A program made the position numbers and the translations under genes. Shown here one piece after another: positions 30,393 to 40,747 of a stretch of 64,000 nucleotides of DNA. This DNA comes from an uncultured Gemmatimonadales bacterium (GTDB lineage: Bacteria; Gemmatimonadota; Gemmatimonadetes; Longimicrobiales; Gaopeijiaceae), in the NCBI GenBank assembly GCA_963823035.1, contig CAWGKG010000015.1, positions 54,379 to 118,378 of the forward strand. The letters are read 5' to 3'. How positions within the stretch are numbered: the first letter of the stretch is position 1; the number at the start of each line of letters is the position of its first letter. The notes beneath the pieces are model-generated. The model had not been told where the DNA came from, did no database searches, and was given only the letters and a program-made list of their open reading frames with translations.

Positions 30393-31315
30393 GCGACGGG
30401 GCCGTCTCCCTGCAGGGGCTGACCCGGCGCTTCGGGGCGCTCACCGCGGTGGACGCGCTCACGTTCGACGTGCACGAGGGCGAGCTCTTCGGGATCGTGG
30501 GTCCGGACGGCGCGGGAAAGACCACCACGCTGCGCATGCTGGCCGGCGTGCTCCGCCCGACGGAGGGAACGGCCTGGGTGGCGGGCGTGGACGTGGGGAA
30601 GGACCCGGAAGCGGCCAAGCCGCGGCTGGCCTACATGGCGCAGCGCTTCGGGCTCTACGAGGACCTCACGGTCGAGGAGAACCTCCACTTCTACGCCGAC
30701 CTCTACCGGGTGCCGAAGCAGGCGCGGCCCGAGCGGCTCGAGCGGCTGTACCGCTTCAGCCGCCTCGGGGAGTTCTCCCACCGCCTGGCCGGTAAGCTGT
30801 CGGGTGGGATGAAGCAGAAGCTCTCGCTGTCGTGCAGCCTGATCCACCACCCGCGCGTCCTGCTCCTCGACGAGCCCACCTTCGGCGTGGACCCGATCTC
30901 GCGCCGCGAGCTGTGGCTGATCCTGCACGAGATGGTGGCCGACGGGATCACGGTCGTCGTGTCGACATCCTATCTCGACGAAGCGGAGCGCTGCGACCGG
31001 GTGGTGTTGCTCGACGAGGGGCGCGCGCTCGCCCTCGACCGGCCGCAGGCGCTGCAGGCGTCGCTGGAGGGCACGATGGTGGCGCTGCGCACCGACCGCC
31101 CCCGGGACGCGCGCGCGGCGCTACGCGCGTCACCCGACGTACAGAGCGCGGCGCTCTTCGGCGACGTGGTGCACACCCTCCTCCCGGCCGGCACGGCGAC
31201 GGACACCGTGAGGCGGGCGCTGGAGGCGGTGGGCATCGAGGTCCTCGACGTGGAGGAGATCGAGCCGTCGCTCGAGGACGTGTTCATCCACCTGGTCGGA
31301 GGCGCCCGTGCCTGA
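30389..31315 (+). CDS. ABC transporter ATP-binding protein
   Basis: GPDGAGKTT, LSGGMKQ and LLLDEPT motifs. Confidence 0.95.
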   Translation: MSDGAVSLQGLTRRFGALTAVDALTFDVHEGELFGIVGPDGAGKTTTLRMLAGVLRPTEGTAWVAGVDVGKDPEAAKPRLAYMAQRFGLYEDLTVEENLHFYADLYRVPKQARPERLERLYRFSRLGEFSHRLAGKLSGGMKQKLSLSCSLIHHPRVLLLDEPTFGVDPISRRELWLILHEMVADGITVVVSTSYLDEAERCDRVVLLDEGRALALDRPQALQASLEGTMVALRTDRPRDARAALRASPDVQSAALFGDVVHTLLPAGTATDTVRRALEAVGIEVLDVEEIEPSLEDVFIHLVGGARA

Positions 31316-32255
31316 CGCGACGATTCCGGTCCACGTGCGCGACTTGACTCGCCGCTTCGGCGACTTCGTGGCCGTGGACGCGGTGACGTTCGACGTGCAT
31401 CCGGGGGAGATCTTCGGCTTCCTCGGACCGAACGGCGCCGGGAAGACCACGACGATCAAGATGCTCACCGGGCTCCTGGCGCCCACGGAGGGCGAGGGGC
31501 GTGTCGCCGGACACGACATCCGCCACGAGCGCGCCGCCATCAAGCGCTCCATCGGCTACATGTCGCAGAAGTTCTCGCTGTACACCGACCTGACGGTCTC
31601 CGAGAACATCGAGCTGTTCGCCGGGCTGTATGGCGTGACCGGCGAGCGCTTCCGCGAAAGGCGCAGGTGGATCCTGACGATGGCGGGGCTGGAGGACGCC
31701 GAGGACCGCGAGACGGAAGACCTCCCGCTCGGCTGGAAGCAGCGGCTTGCGCTCGGGTGCGCGATGGTGCACGAGCCGCCGATCCTCTTCCTCGACGAGC
31801 CGACCTCCGGCGTGGACCCGGTGGCGCGCCGTCACTTCTGGGACCTCATCGACGAGATGGCCGCGGTGGGCACCACGGTCTTCGTGTCCACGCACTACAT
31901 GGAGGAGGCCGAGTACTGCACCCGGCTCGCGCTCATGAACCGCGGCCGCCTGATCGCCCTGGACGCGCCACGAGCGCTCCGCCTGCGGGTGGTCGAGCCG
32001 ATCCTGCAGGTGCGCACGGACGACGCCCCGAGTGCCGTGGAGGCGCTGATGGGTGCTGCGGACGTGCTCGAGGCCGGGATGTTCGGGCGCCTGTTGCACG
32101 TGACCGTCCGGGACGCGGGCGCCGGCGAGGCCGCCGTGCGCAGGATCCTCGGCGCGGCCGGCCGCACCGTGTTGGACGTGCACGCGATCGAGCCCTCCCT
32201 CGAAGACGTCTTCGTCTCCCTCGTGCGCGCCGAGGGCGGCGCGGCCATCGGATAG
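31308..32255 (+). CDS. ABC transporter ATP-binding protein
   Basis: GPNGAGKTT, LPLGWKQR and LFLDEPTSG motifs (YbhF second-half-like). Confidence 0.95.
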   Translation: MPDATIPVHVRDLTRRFGDFVAVDAVTFDVHPGEIFGFLGPNGAGKTTTIKMLTGLLAPTEGEGRVAGHDIRHERAAIKRSIGYMSQKFSLYTDLTVSENIELFAGLYGVTGERFRERRRWILTMAGLEDAEDRETEDLPLGWKQRLALGCAMVHEPPILFLDEPTSGVDPVARRHFWDLIDEMAAVGTTVFVSTHYMEEAEYCTRLALMNRGRLIALDAPRALRLRVVEPILQVRTDDAPSAVEALMGAADVLEAGMFGRLLHVTVRDAGAGEAAVRRILGAAGRTVLDVHAIEPSLEDVFVSLVRAEGGAAIG

Positions 32256-32259
32256 ACGC

Positions 32260-33379
32260 ATGGACTTCTTCCGACTCTGGGCCATGGCCCGCAAGGAATG
32301 GATCCAGCTTCGTCGCGACCCGCGCAGCATGATCCTCGCCTTCGCGCTGCCGCTGTTCCTCCTGCTGTTCTTCGGGTACGCGATCACGTGGGACGTGGAC
32401 GACATCCCGATCGCGGTCGTGGACCAGGACCGTACGGCGAGCGCCCGACAGCTCGTGGAGGCGTTCGTCTCGAGCGGTTACTTCTCCGTGGCCGAGCATC
32501 TCGTCTCCGAGCGGCAGGCCGAGGAGGAGCTCGTCCTCGCCCACGTGCGCGGCGTGCTCACGATCCCTCCGGGCTACGACCGCGACCTGCGGTCGGGCCG
32601 GGGTGCCGACGTGCAGCTCCTCCTCGACGGGAGCGACGCCAACACGGCAACGATCGCGCAGAACTACGCCGACGCGATCGTGACCCGCTTCGGGCTGAGC
32701 GCCGTCATGCAAGGACGGGAGGTGACGCCGCCGATCCGCCTCGAGCCGCGCACCTGGTACAACCCCAACCTCGAGAGCCGGCATATGATCGTGCCGGGCC
32801 TCATCGCGGTGATCATGTCGATCATCGCGGCCATGCTCACCGCGCTGACGATCGCGCGCGAGTGGGAGCGCGGCACCATGGAGCAGCTCGCCGCGACGCC
32901 GGTGGGGCGCCTCGAGGTCGTGCTCGGCAAGCTCGTGCCCTACCTCGCGATCGGGCTGTTCGACGTCGCGGTCACGGTGATCGCCGGGATCCTCATCTTC
33001 GGCACGCCGCTGAACGGGAGCGTCCTCCTGCTGGCCGTGATGACGCTGCTTCTTCCTCATCGGCGCGCTCGGGCTCGGGATCTTCATCTCGGCGGCGGTG
33101 AAGTCGCAGGTGCTCGCCACGCAGGTCGCGATGGTCGCGACCTACCTCCCGGCGCTCCTCCTCTCTGGGTTCCTCTTCGACATCGCGAGCATGCCCCGCT
33201 TCCTGCAGGGCGTGACCTTCCTCGTGCCCGCGCGCTATTTCGTGACCGTGACGCGCGGGATCTTCCTCAAGGGCGTGGGCATCCAGGTGCTCTGGCCCCA
33301 GGCGCTCCTCATGCTCGCCTATGCCGCGCTCGGCCTGGGGTTGGCCACGCACATGTTCCGGAAGGAGCTCCGCGGATGA
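32260..33379 (+). CDS. ABC-2 permease, YbhS-like (frameshift ~33050)
   Basis: KEWIQLRRDPR, IAREWERGTMEQL; C-terminus LLSGFLFDIASMP in the shifted frame. Confidence 0.9.
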
Positions 33380-34506
33380 ACGAGAGCCGCAAGCTGTCCG
33401 TGCTCCGCGTGCGCCGCATGGTGGTGAAGGAGATCCGCCAGCTCCTGCGCGACCCCATGTCGAAGCGCATGATCTTCGGCGCGCCGATCATCCAGCTCCT
33501 CCTCTTCGGCTACGCCGTGAACACCGACGTGCGCAACGTGTCCACCTTCCTCGTGGACCACGACCGCACGGCCGAGTCGCGCCGCCTGGTCGACGCCTTC
33601 ACCTCGTCGGGCTACTTCGAGGTGGTGGGCCGCTCCGACGACCCGAAGGACCTGGGCAGCGCGCTGGACCACGGGAAGGCGAAGGTCGGGCTCGAGATCC
33701 CGCCGCGCTTCGCGGCGGACGTCGCCGCCGGGCGCGCGCCCGCCGTTCAGCTCGTGGTGGACGGCACCAACTCCAACACCGCGACCATCGCCGCGGGCTA
33801 CGCGTCGAAGATCACGCAGGAGATGAGCGTGCGCGTCGCCATCCGCGAAGGCGTTCCGCTGCCCTCCACCGTCGAGCTGCGCGCACGGGCCTGGTTCAAT
33901 CCGTCGCTCGAGTCGCGCGTGTACAACGTGCCGGCGGTGATCGGCGTGATCGTCCTCCTCATGTGCCTCCTGCTCACGGCGCTGGCGGTGGTGCGCGAGC
34001 GCGAGGTCGGCACGCTCGAGCAACTGCTGGTGTCCCCGCTGTCCGCGACCGAGCTGATCCTCGGGAAGACGATCCCCGTGGCGTGCGTGGCCATGGTGCA
34101 GCTCGCGCTCGTGACGGCGGTCGCGCTCCTCTGGTTCGACATCCCCTTGCGCGGCTCCCCCGTCACGCTGGTGGTCGCGGCGGCGATGTTCATCATCGCC
34201 GGACTCTCCTTCGGCCTCTTCATCTCGACGATCTCGAACACGCAGCAGGAAGCCTTCCTGTCGATGTTCCTCTTCCTGCTTCCGGCCATCATCCTGTCGG
34301 GGTTCCTCTACCCCGTCGAAACGATGCCGGCCTTCTTCCAGGCACTCACCGTGGCGAACCCCCTGCGCCACTTCCTCTTCGTGGTGCGCGCGATCTTCCT
34401 GAAGGGCTCGGGATTCAAAGAGCTCTGGCCGCAATTCGCCATCCTCGCGGCAATGGCGGGGGGCGGCGTCCTCTTCGCCGTGCGGCGCTTCAAGCGCACC
34501 TTGTAG
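33376..34506 (+). CDS. ABC-2 permease, YbhR-like
   Basis: KEIRQLLRD, VREREVGTLEQL and LSGFLYPVETMP motifs; ATGA overlap. Confidence 0.92.
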   Translation: MNESRKLSVLRVRRMVVKEIRQLLRDPMSKRMIFGAPIIQLLLFGYAVNTDVRNVSTFLVDHDRTAESRRLVDAFTSSGYFEVVGRSDDPKDLGSALDHGKAKVGLEIPPRFAADVAAGRAPAVQLVVDGTNSNTATIAAGYASKITQEMSVRVAIREGVPLPSTVELRARAWFNPSLESRVYNVPAVIGVIVLLMCLLLTALAVVREREVGTLEQLLVSPLSATELILGKTIPVACVAMVQLALVTAVALLWFDIPLRGSPVTLVVAAAMFIIAGLSFGLFISTISNTQQEAFLSMFLFLLPAIILSGFLYPVETMPAFFQALTVANPLRHFLFVVRAIFLKGSGFKELWPQFAILAAMAGGGVLFAVRRFKRTL

Positions 34507-34508
34507 GG

Positions 34509-36200
34509 ATGCAACCGGCGATGCGTGGACCCTACGAAGCCTGGATGGACGACTTCTTCGCGTCCTACTACGAGCGTCGGCCGGTCAACGCGACCTTCAT
34601 CGGAAGGCACGATCTGGACGACCGGCTCCCCGACTTCTCGGAGGAGGGTCTCGGGGACACGGTCGCCGACATGGACGACCTTCTGCGGCGGTCGGCGGGG
34701 CTCGACGCCCAGGAGCTGACGCCCGTCGAGCGGATGGACCTGCGCCTGGCACGCGGCTTCCTGCGCATCGAGCTTCGGGAGCTCGCCTCGGGGCATTTCC
34801 ATCGCGGCAACCCGGCCCTCTACACGGGCGAAGCGATCTTCGGGGTGATGTCGCTCTTCCTGACCGACTACGCACCCGTCCAGGACCGCACCGCGGCCGC
34901 GGTGGCGCGCCTCCGGGCCCTGCCCTCGCTCCTGTCCCGCTGCCGCGAGAACGTGCGCGCCGCCCCGGCCGCGTGGACGCGGCGCGCGCTGCGCGAGTGC
35001 TCGGGGGCGCTGGCCTTCCTCGGGGAGGGGATCGACCTTGTCGGCGCCGAGGACCCGCCTGGCGCCCATCGCCTCCGGGTCGCGGCGGATCGGGCGAGGG
35101 CGGCCTTCGACGAGCTCGAGCGCTGGCTGCGGAGCGATCTCCTTCCCCGGACCCGAGCGTCCGTGGCGGCGGGCGAAGAGGGGCTCGACCTGTATGTGCG
35201 CGAAGGCCACTGCCTCGACGTCCCCGCCGCGGAGATCGCGCGGGAGGCGCGCGACGCTCTGCAGCGCGTGCACGCCGAGCTTCGCGAGCGTGCCCGCGAC
35301 TTCGGTGCGGACTCGGCCGCCGCCGCCCTGGCCGGGCTCACGTCCTTGCATCCGCCCGCGGAGCGCTACTACGACCGCTACCGGGAGCTGTGGGACGAGG
35401 TGCGCGCGCTCGCCGAGGAGCGCGAGCTGCTCACCTGGCCCGACGCCCCGATCCGCTTCGTTCCCCGCCCCGCCTGGGCGCGCGCCGCCGCGCCCTCCCT
35501 GTACTTCCTCTTCTACCGCTCCCCGGCGGCCTTCGGTGGACCCGAGGTCCACGACTACCTCGTCACACCCATCGAGCCGGACCTCCCCGAGGAGGAGCGC
35601 GCCGAGCTGCTCCGAGCGAACAACGACAGCGTGATCAAGCTCAACCACGTGGTGCATCACGGGGGGATCGGCCACCACGTCCAGAACTGGCACGCGCGCC
35701 GCGCGCCCTCGCGCATCGGCCGGGTGGCCGCCGTGGACTGCGCATCGCGCATCGCCATGTTCTGCGGCGGCACGATGGCGGAGGGGTGGGCATGCTACGC
35801 CACCGATCTGGTGCGGGAGGCCGGAGGGCTGACGCCGCTCGAGGAGTACGCCGAGCTGAGCGCCCAGGCCCGCATGTGCGCCCGGGCCGTGGTGGACGTG
35901 GAGCTGCACGAGGGCCGCATGGACCTCGACCAGGCGGCGGCGTTCTACGAGCGCGAGGGCGGGATGAGCGCCGGGGCGGCGCGCGCCGAAGCCGTGAAGA
36001 ACAGCATGTTCCCCGGGGTGGCGCTCATGTACCGCGCCGGGACGGAGGGGATCTACGCGTTGAGGCGGCGGATGGAGAACCGCGAGGGAGCGGCGTTCAC
36101 GTTGCGCGACTTCCACGACCGGCTGCTCTCGTGGGGATCGGTGCCGGTCTCGCTCGCCGCTGAGCTCATGGACGCCGAGACGGAGGCGCGCGATGGATGA
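34509..36200 (+). CDS. DUF885 family protein with atypical metal motif
   Basis: ATFIGRHDLDDRLPDFS N-terminus; VHHGGIGHHVQ; AEGWACY; F.LRDFHDRLL..GSVP C-terminus. Confidence 0.8.
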   Translation: MQPAMRGPYEAWMDDFFASYYERRPVNATFIGRHDLDDRLPDFSEEGLGDTVADMDDLLRRSAGLDAQELTPVERMDLRLARGFLRIELRELASGHFHRGNPALYTGEAIFGVMSLFLTDYAPVQDRTAAAVARLRALPSLLSRCRENVRAAPAAWTRRALRECSGALAFLGEGIDLVGAEDPPGAHRLRVAADRARAAFDELERWLRSDLLPRTRASVAAGEEGLDLYVREGHCLDVPAAEIAREARDALQRVHAELRERARDFGADSAAAALAGLTSLHPPAERYYDRYRELWDEVRALAEERELLTWPDAPIRFVPRPAWARAAAPSLYFLFYRSPAAFGGPEVHDYLVTPIEPDLPEEERAELLRANNDSVIKLNHVVHHGGIGHHVQNWHARRAPSRIGRVAAVDCASRIAMFCGGTMAEGWACYATDLVREAGGLTPLEEYAELSAQARMCARAVVDVELHEGRMDLDQAAAFYEREGGMSAGAARAEAVKNSMFPGVALMYRAGTEGIYALRRRMENREGAAFTLRDFHDRLLSWGSVPVSLAAELMDAETEARDG

Positions 36201-37380
36201 GCCGACGCTCGCGTTCGGAAAGGAGGCGATCCGCGCCCTCCTGGGCGTGGACGCCCTCTACCGGGCGGAGAGCGAGGACGGTGAGGGCCTGGCCGTCCTC
36301 AACATGGACAGGGAGGGAGCCTTCCCCGCCGAGTCGCTGGTGTCGTACGAGGCAGCGCGAGAGCGCTTCCGCTCCCTGCGTGAGCAGGCCGCCGGGCTGG
36401 CCGAGCCCGACCGGCGCCGCTACTACGACCGCTTGTGCGGCTCGACGCTCGCCTTCATCCGCTGGCGGAGGGTCGGCCTCCCCTTCGAGGTCCAGCTGAC
36501 GGACTTCCTGCACGTGCCCGCTCGACCGGCGTCGGCCGGCGAGCTCGACCGGCTCCGCGACGACATCAACGCGCTCCTGGGCGCGATGGGGTATCAAGGG
36601 GATCTCGCCCGGCGCTGCCGCGCCTGGGAGGAGCGCAACCGCGTCGAGCCCGAAGCCGTGGCCGGGACGCTCGAGGCGCTTCTGGACGAGGCGTGGACAC
36701 GCACGGAGGAGCGGCTCCTCCCCATCCCCGCCCCGCGTTCCGACGGGATGCGCGTGCGGACCGTGTCCGGGGCGCACTACAACGCCCGCTGCGACTACCT
36801 GGCGCGCACCATCGAGGTGAACACGGATCCGGTCCTGACGCGCCCCGCGCTCAAGCACCTGGCCGTCCACGAGGGCTGTCCGGGCCACTACGTGCAGTTC
36901 AAGCTGCGCGAGACGTGGGCGCGCGACGGCACGGCCGCCGCGGACGTGCTCCTGAGCGTGGTGAACACGGCTGGTTCCTCCGTCTTCGAGGGGATCGCCG
37001 ACGCGGGCACCGTCATGATCGACTGGGTCGAGTCCGACGACGACCGCCTCCACGGGCTCCTCAACCGATACCGTGCCGGTCTGGGCACGCAGGCGGCGTG
37101 GCGCCTCCACGCGCTCGGCCTCCCCGCGCCCGCGGTGACCGACTGGCTGCGCGACCGCGCCCTGGTGGGGGGTGACGGATGGGTCGAGAACCGGATGCGC
37201 TTCATCGCTGCGCCCGCCCGCGCCGTGCTGATCTGGTCGTACTGGTGGGGGGAGGCCTCCGTGGCCCCCACGTGGGCGCGCGTGGACGAGGGCGCGCGCG
37301 CCGAGTTCCTCCGCTTCCTCTATGGCCGGATGCACGCGCCGGACACGGTCGGCATGTTCGCGGGACGGCCCGGGAGCTGA
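36193..37380 (+). CDS. Short DUF885-like metallopeptidase-fold protein
   Basis: AVHEGCPGHYVQ and FEGIAD motifs; overlaps the upstream stop. Confidence 0.65.
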   Translation: MDEPTLAFGKEAIRALLGVDALYRAESEDGEGLAVLNMDREGAFPAESLVSYEAARERFRSLREQAAGLAEPDRRRYYDRLCGSTLAFIRWRRVGLPFEVQLTDFLHVPARPASAGELDRLRDDINALLGAMGYQGDLARRCRAWEERNRVEPEAVAGTLEALLDEAWTRTEERLLPIPAPRSDGMRVRTVSGAHYNARCDYLARTIEVNTDPVLTRPALKHLAVHEGCPGHYVQFKLRETWARDGTAAADVLLSVVNTAGSSVFEGIADAGTVMIDWVESDDDRLHGLLNRYRAGLGTQAAWRLHALGLPAPAVTDWLRDRALVGGDGWVENRMRFIAAPARAVLIWSYWWGEASVAPTWARVDEGARAEFLRFLYGRMHAPDTVGMFAGRPGS

Positions 37381-37388
37381 GGCCCGCG

Positions 37389-37416
37389 TTACTTCCCGCT
37401 TTCCCCCGCGTATACT
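37389..37416 (+). promoter_or_regulatory. Putative sigma70 promoter of the TonB receptor
   Basis: TTACTT-N16-TATACT. Confidence 0.4.
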
Positions 37417-37489
37417 GACCAGAACACCTCAGCGGGGGCACGAACCTGCCCAGCTGTCCCCGGATCCCGACCCCTGTTCCCGGAGCTCC

Positions 37490-40400
37490 ATGGGCGCCCC
37501 ACGCCGGCGCAGGCACGTTCCGCTCGCGGTGCTCGCCGCGCTGCTCCTCGTCCCCTCGATCGGGACGGCCCAGTCCCAGACCACGTCGACGATCCGCGGT
37601 ACGGTGACCGGCCCCGGGGGTTCGGGGCTCGCCGACGTGACGGTCCGGGTCCGGCACGCCCCGACCGGCGCCGAGCGCTCCGTGCTGACCGGGCCGGACG
37701 GCAGCTTCGTGGTACTGCTCCTCCAGCCGGGAGGGCCCTACGAGCTGACGGCGTCGACCATCGGCTTCGCGGACGCGACGCGCACGGACATCCACCTCGC
37801 GATCGGCGAGACCTTCGCGGTGGCGCTGGAGATGCGTCCGACCGCCCTGCAGCTCCCGGGCGTCTCGGTCGACGTGTCACGCGCGGACCTCGTGAGCCCC
37901 CGCCGCGTCGGCCCCGTGACGCTCCTGGACGAGCCGGTGCTCGCGGGGCTGCCGGTCCCGTCACGCGACGTGATGGACCTCGCGGTGCTCTCCACCCTGG
38001 TGCGTACCACGGAGGGAGGCGGCTTCAGCATCGCCGGGCAGAACGACCGCTACAACAGCCTGCTGGTGGACGGACTGGCCGCCGGGGACGCCTTCGGGCT
38101 CACACCGTCGGGCGTTCCCGGCGCACAGGCGGGGGCCCGCCTCCTGCCGCTCGACGCGGTGTCGCAGTATGAGATCCTGGTGGCGCCCTACGACGCGCGC
38201 CTCTCGGGCTTCGCGGGCGGCGTCCTGAACGCGGTCACCCGTACCGGCACGAACGACTTCTCCCTGCATGCCTTCGCGCTCGGGCGCGACGCCGCGCTCA
38301 CCGGCGACCTCACCCTCCCCTCGGGCACCGCGCAGGCGTCCGGGATCCGTCGGGAGCTCGTAGGCGTGTCGGCCGGAGGGCCGATCGTACCCGATCGCGT
38401 CCACTACTTCGTGGCGGGCGAGATCGAGCGGCGCACGAGCTCGCCGGTCGGCTACAACTCCGGGCGGGACAACCCGGCGCTGGTGGGCATCACACCCGAG
38501 ACGCTCGACCTCTTCAAGACGCTCTTCGAGCAGGGGCACGGGGTCGACACCGGAGAGTACGGCCCCTACGACCTGACGCAGGACCTGGCCAACCTCTTCG
38601 CGCGGGTCGACTGGAGCTTCGCGAACGGCGACCGCCTCACGATCCGCAACGTCTTCGCGCGAGCGTCCAACGACGAGAGCCCGAACCGGACCCCCTTCGA
38701 GCCGTACGGCTTCTCCTCCAACGCGGTCTTCCGCACGTCCACGCACGACCTGCTGTCCGCCCAGCTCTTCACGGACCTGGGCAGCGGCGGCGGCAACGAA
38801 GTGGAGCTCTCGCTGCAGCGCACCACGGACCGCACGAGGCCGGCCAGCGACTTCCCGCAGGTCGAAGCCGTCCTCCAGAGCCCCTTCTTCTCCCAGAGCG
38901 CGTACCGCCCGATCCGCGTCGGTGCCCAATTCTACGCGCAGGACGACGACCTCGAGCAGACCAGCGCCCGGCTGACCAACACCCTGACCCGCGTGCGCGG
39001 CCGGAGCACCTGGACGCTGGGCGCGAGCGCCGCGTGGCACGGCATCCGCCAGACGTACCTCCCCGGTGACAAGGGCGAGTTCTACTACGCGACGTGGGCG
39101 GACGTGCTGGACAACGCGCCGCTACGCTACCAGCGAACCGTCCTCCTCGACGGGCAGAGCCCGGGCGTCGCGTTCGACGTCGCGGAGATGGGCGCCTTCG
39201 CGCAGAACCAGATCGAGCTGAACGCCTTCACGCTGCGCTTCGGCGTCCGCCTCGACGCGCCCTTCGTCCTTTCCCACCCTGGACACAACGAGGCGGTGGC
39301 GAGCACCTTCGGCCGCAACACCTCGAACGTCCCCTCGGGCGTCCTCCTGTCGCCGAGGGTGGGCTTGAACTGGCAGGGCGGCGACGTGCGCCGCACGCAG
39401 ATCCGGGCGGGCGCCGGCGTCTTCACCGGACAGCTCCCCTACGTCTGGCTCGCCAACGCCTTCCACGACACCGGGCTCCGCTCGGAGGTACGGGCCTGCT
39501 TCGGACGCTGGAACGGCTTCAACCCGACCGGCGCGAACATCGCACCGTTCTTCGACCCGAACGATCCGGCGCCCACCTGCCTGAACGGTCCGCCCACGGT
39601 GGCACGCGCCGTCACGGTGTTCGACGAGGGCTTCCGCTATCCGCAGTACGCCAAGGTGTCGCTGGCCCTCGACCAGGAGCTGACGCCCTCCCTGGCGGCG
39701 TCCGTGGATGTCGTCGTCGGGAGCTCCATCCACCAGGTCTCGCTGCGCGAGTTGAACATCCAGCGACAGGATACGGCACTCGGCCCCCTGCGCGGCTACG
39801 GCGGCACGGAACGTCTCCACTTCGGCCCACCCTCCGCGGAGGGCTTCCAGCCCAACCGGGTGCTTCCCGACTACGGCCAGGTTCTGCTCGTGGAGAACGG
39901 GTCCGGCGACCGCTCCTGGTCGATCTCCACCGAGCTACGCGGCTCCCTGACCGACCGCGTGGACTTCCGCGCCGGCTACGCCTACGGCCGCTCGTACGAC
40001 CGCATGAGCCTCGCCTCGGTGGACCTCATCGGCGCGTACGGCTCCAACCCCACGCACGGAGATCCGAACGACCCGCCGCTGACGCCCTCCAACTTCGACC
40101 GCCCGCACAAGGTGGTGCTCGCACTGTACGGCACCCCGATCCCGGGGCTGGACGACACGGAGGTCTCCATCCTCTACACCGGGGAGTCCGGGCTCCCCTT
40201 CTCGTACGTGTACCGAGGCGACCTGAACGGCGACGGCTACCCGTCCCTCGGCAAGGCCTCGGACCGCGACAACGACCTCGTGTACGTGCCGGACGATCCG
40301 CTCGAGGTGCCGGCCGGGCCGGGAACCACGGTACGCCTCGCGGCCGCACTCGCGAACGACCCCTGCCTGAAGCGCTTCCACGGCCAGATGCTGCTCCGCA

Positions 40401-40747
40401 ACCGCTGCCGCGCACCCTGGCAGAACCGATTGGACCTGCGCCTCGCGCAGCGGCTGCGCGTGGGTGGCGCGTCCGTGCGCGTCGAGGCGGACGTGGTCAA
40501 CCTGCTGAACCTGCTCAACGGCGATTGGGGGTTGGTGCGCACGATCCCCGCCACCTCCTCCCTCCTCCAGCCGAGCGAGCGCATCCGCGGCAACGGCGAC
40601 CTGCTCTCCCAGTGGATCGCCGGCCTCCTCCCGCTTCGTGACGAGAACGGAGCCCAGACCATTCCGGAGCCGTGGTCCGTGGCCTCACCCGCCTCACAGT
40701 GGCAGGCCCAGCTCGGCCTGCGCGTCTCCTTCGGCGGAGGGCGATAG
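37490..40747 (+). CDS. TonB-dependent receptor with N-terminal carboxypeptidase-regulatory-like domain (Oar-like)
   Basis: Signal peptide; LQPGGPYEL, IAGQNDRYNSLLVDG, APYDAR.SGFAGG..NAVTRTGTN; C-terminal WQAQLGLRVSF. Confidence 0.9.
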   Translation: MGAPRRRRHVPLAVLAALLLVPSIGTAQSQTTSTIRGTVTGPGGSGLADVTVRVRHAPTGAERSVLTGPDGSFVVLLLQPGGPYELTASTIGFADATRTDIHLAIGETFAVALEMRPTALQLPGVSVDVSRADLVSPRRVGPVTLLDEPVLAGLPVPSRDVMDLAVLSTLVRTTEGGGFSIAGQNDRYNSLLVDGLAAGDAFGLTPSGVPGAQAGARLLPLDAVSQYEILVAPYDARLSGFAGGVLNAVTRTGTNDFSLHAFALGRDAALTGDLTLPSGTAQASGIRRELVGVSAGGPIVPDRVHYFVAGEIERRTSSPVGYNSGRDNPALVGITPETLDLFKTLFEQGHGVDTGEYGPYDLTQDLANLFARVDWSFANGDRLTIRNVFARASNDESPNRTPFEPYGFSSNAVFRTSTHDLLSAQLFTDLGSGGGNEVELSLQRTTDRTRPASDFPQVEAVLQSPFFSQSAYRPIRVGAQFYAQDDDLEQTSARLTNTLTRVRGRSTWTLGASAAWHGIRQTYLPGDKGEFYYATWADVLDNAPLRYQRTVLLDGQSPGVAFDVAEMGAFAQNQIELNAFTLRFGVRLDAPFVLSHPGHNEAVASTFGRNTSNVPSGVLLSPRVGLNWQGGDVRRTQIRAGAGVFTGQLPYVWLANAFHDTGLRSEVRACFGRWNGFNPTGANIAPFFDPNDPAPTCLNGPPTVARAVTVFDEGFRYPQYAKVSLALDQELTPSLAASVDVVVGSSIHQVSLRELNIQRQDTALGPLRGYGGTERLHFGPPSAEGFQPNRVLPDYGQVLLVENGSGDRSWSISTELRGSLTDRVDFRAGYAYGRSYDRMSLASVDLIGAYGSNPTHGDPNDPPLTPSNFDRPHKVVLALYGTPIPGLDDTEVSILYTGESGLPFSYVYRGDLNGDGYPSLGKASDRDNDLVYVPDDPLEVPAGPGTTVRLAAALANDPCLKRFHGQMLLRNRCRAPWQNRLDLRLAQRLRVGGASVRVEADVVNLLNLLNGDWGLVRTIPATSSLLQPSERIRGNGDLLSQWIAGLLPLRDENGAQTIPEPWSVASPASQWQAQLGLRVSFGGGR

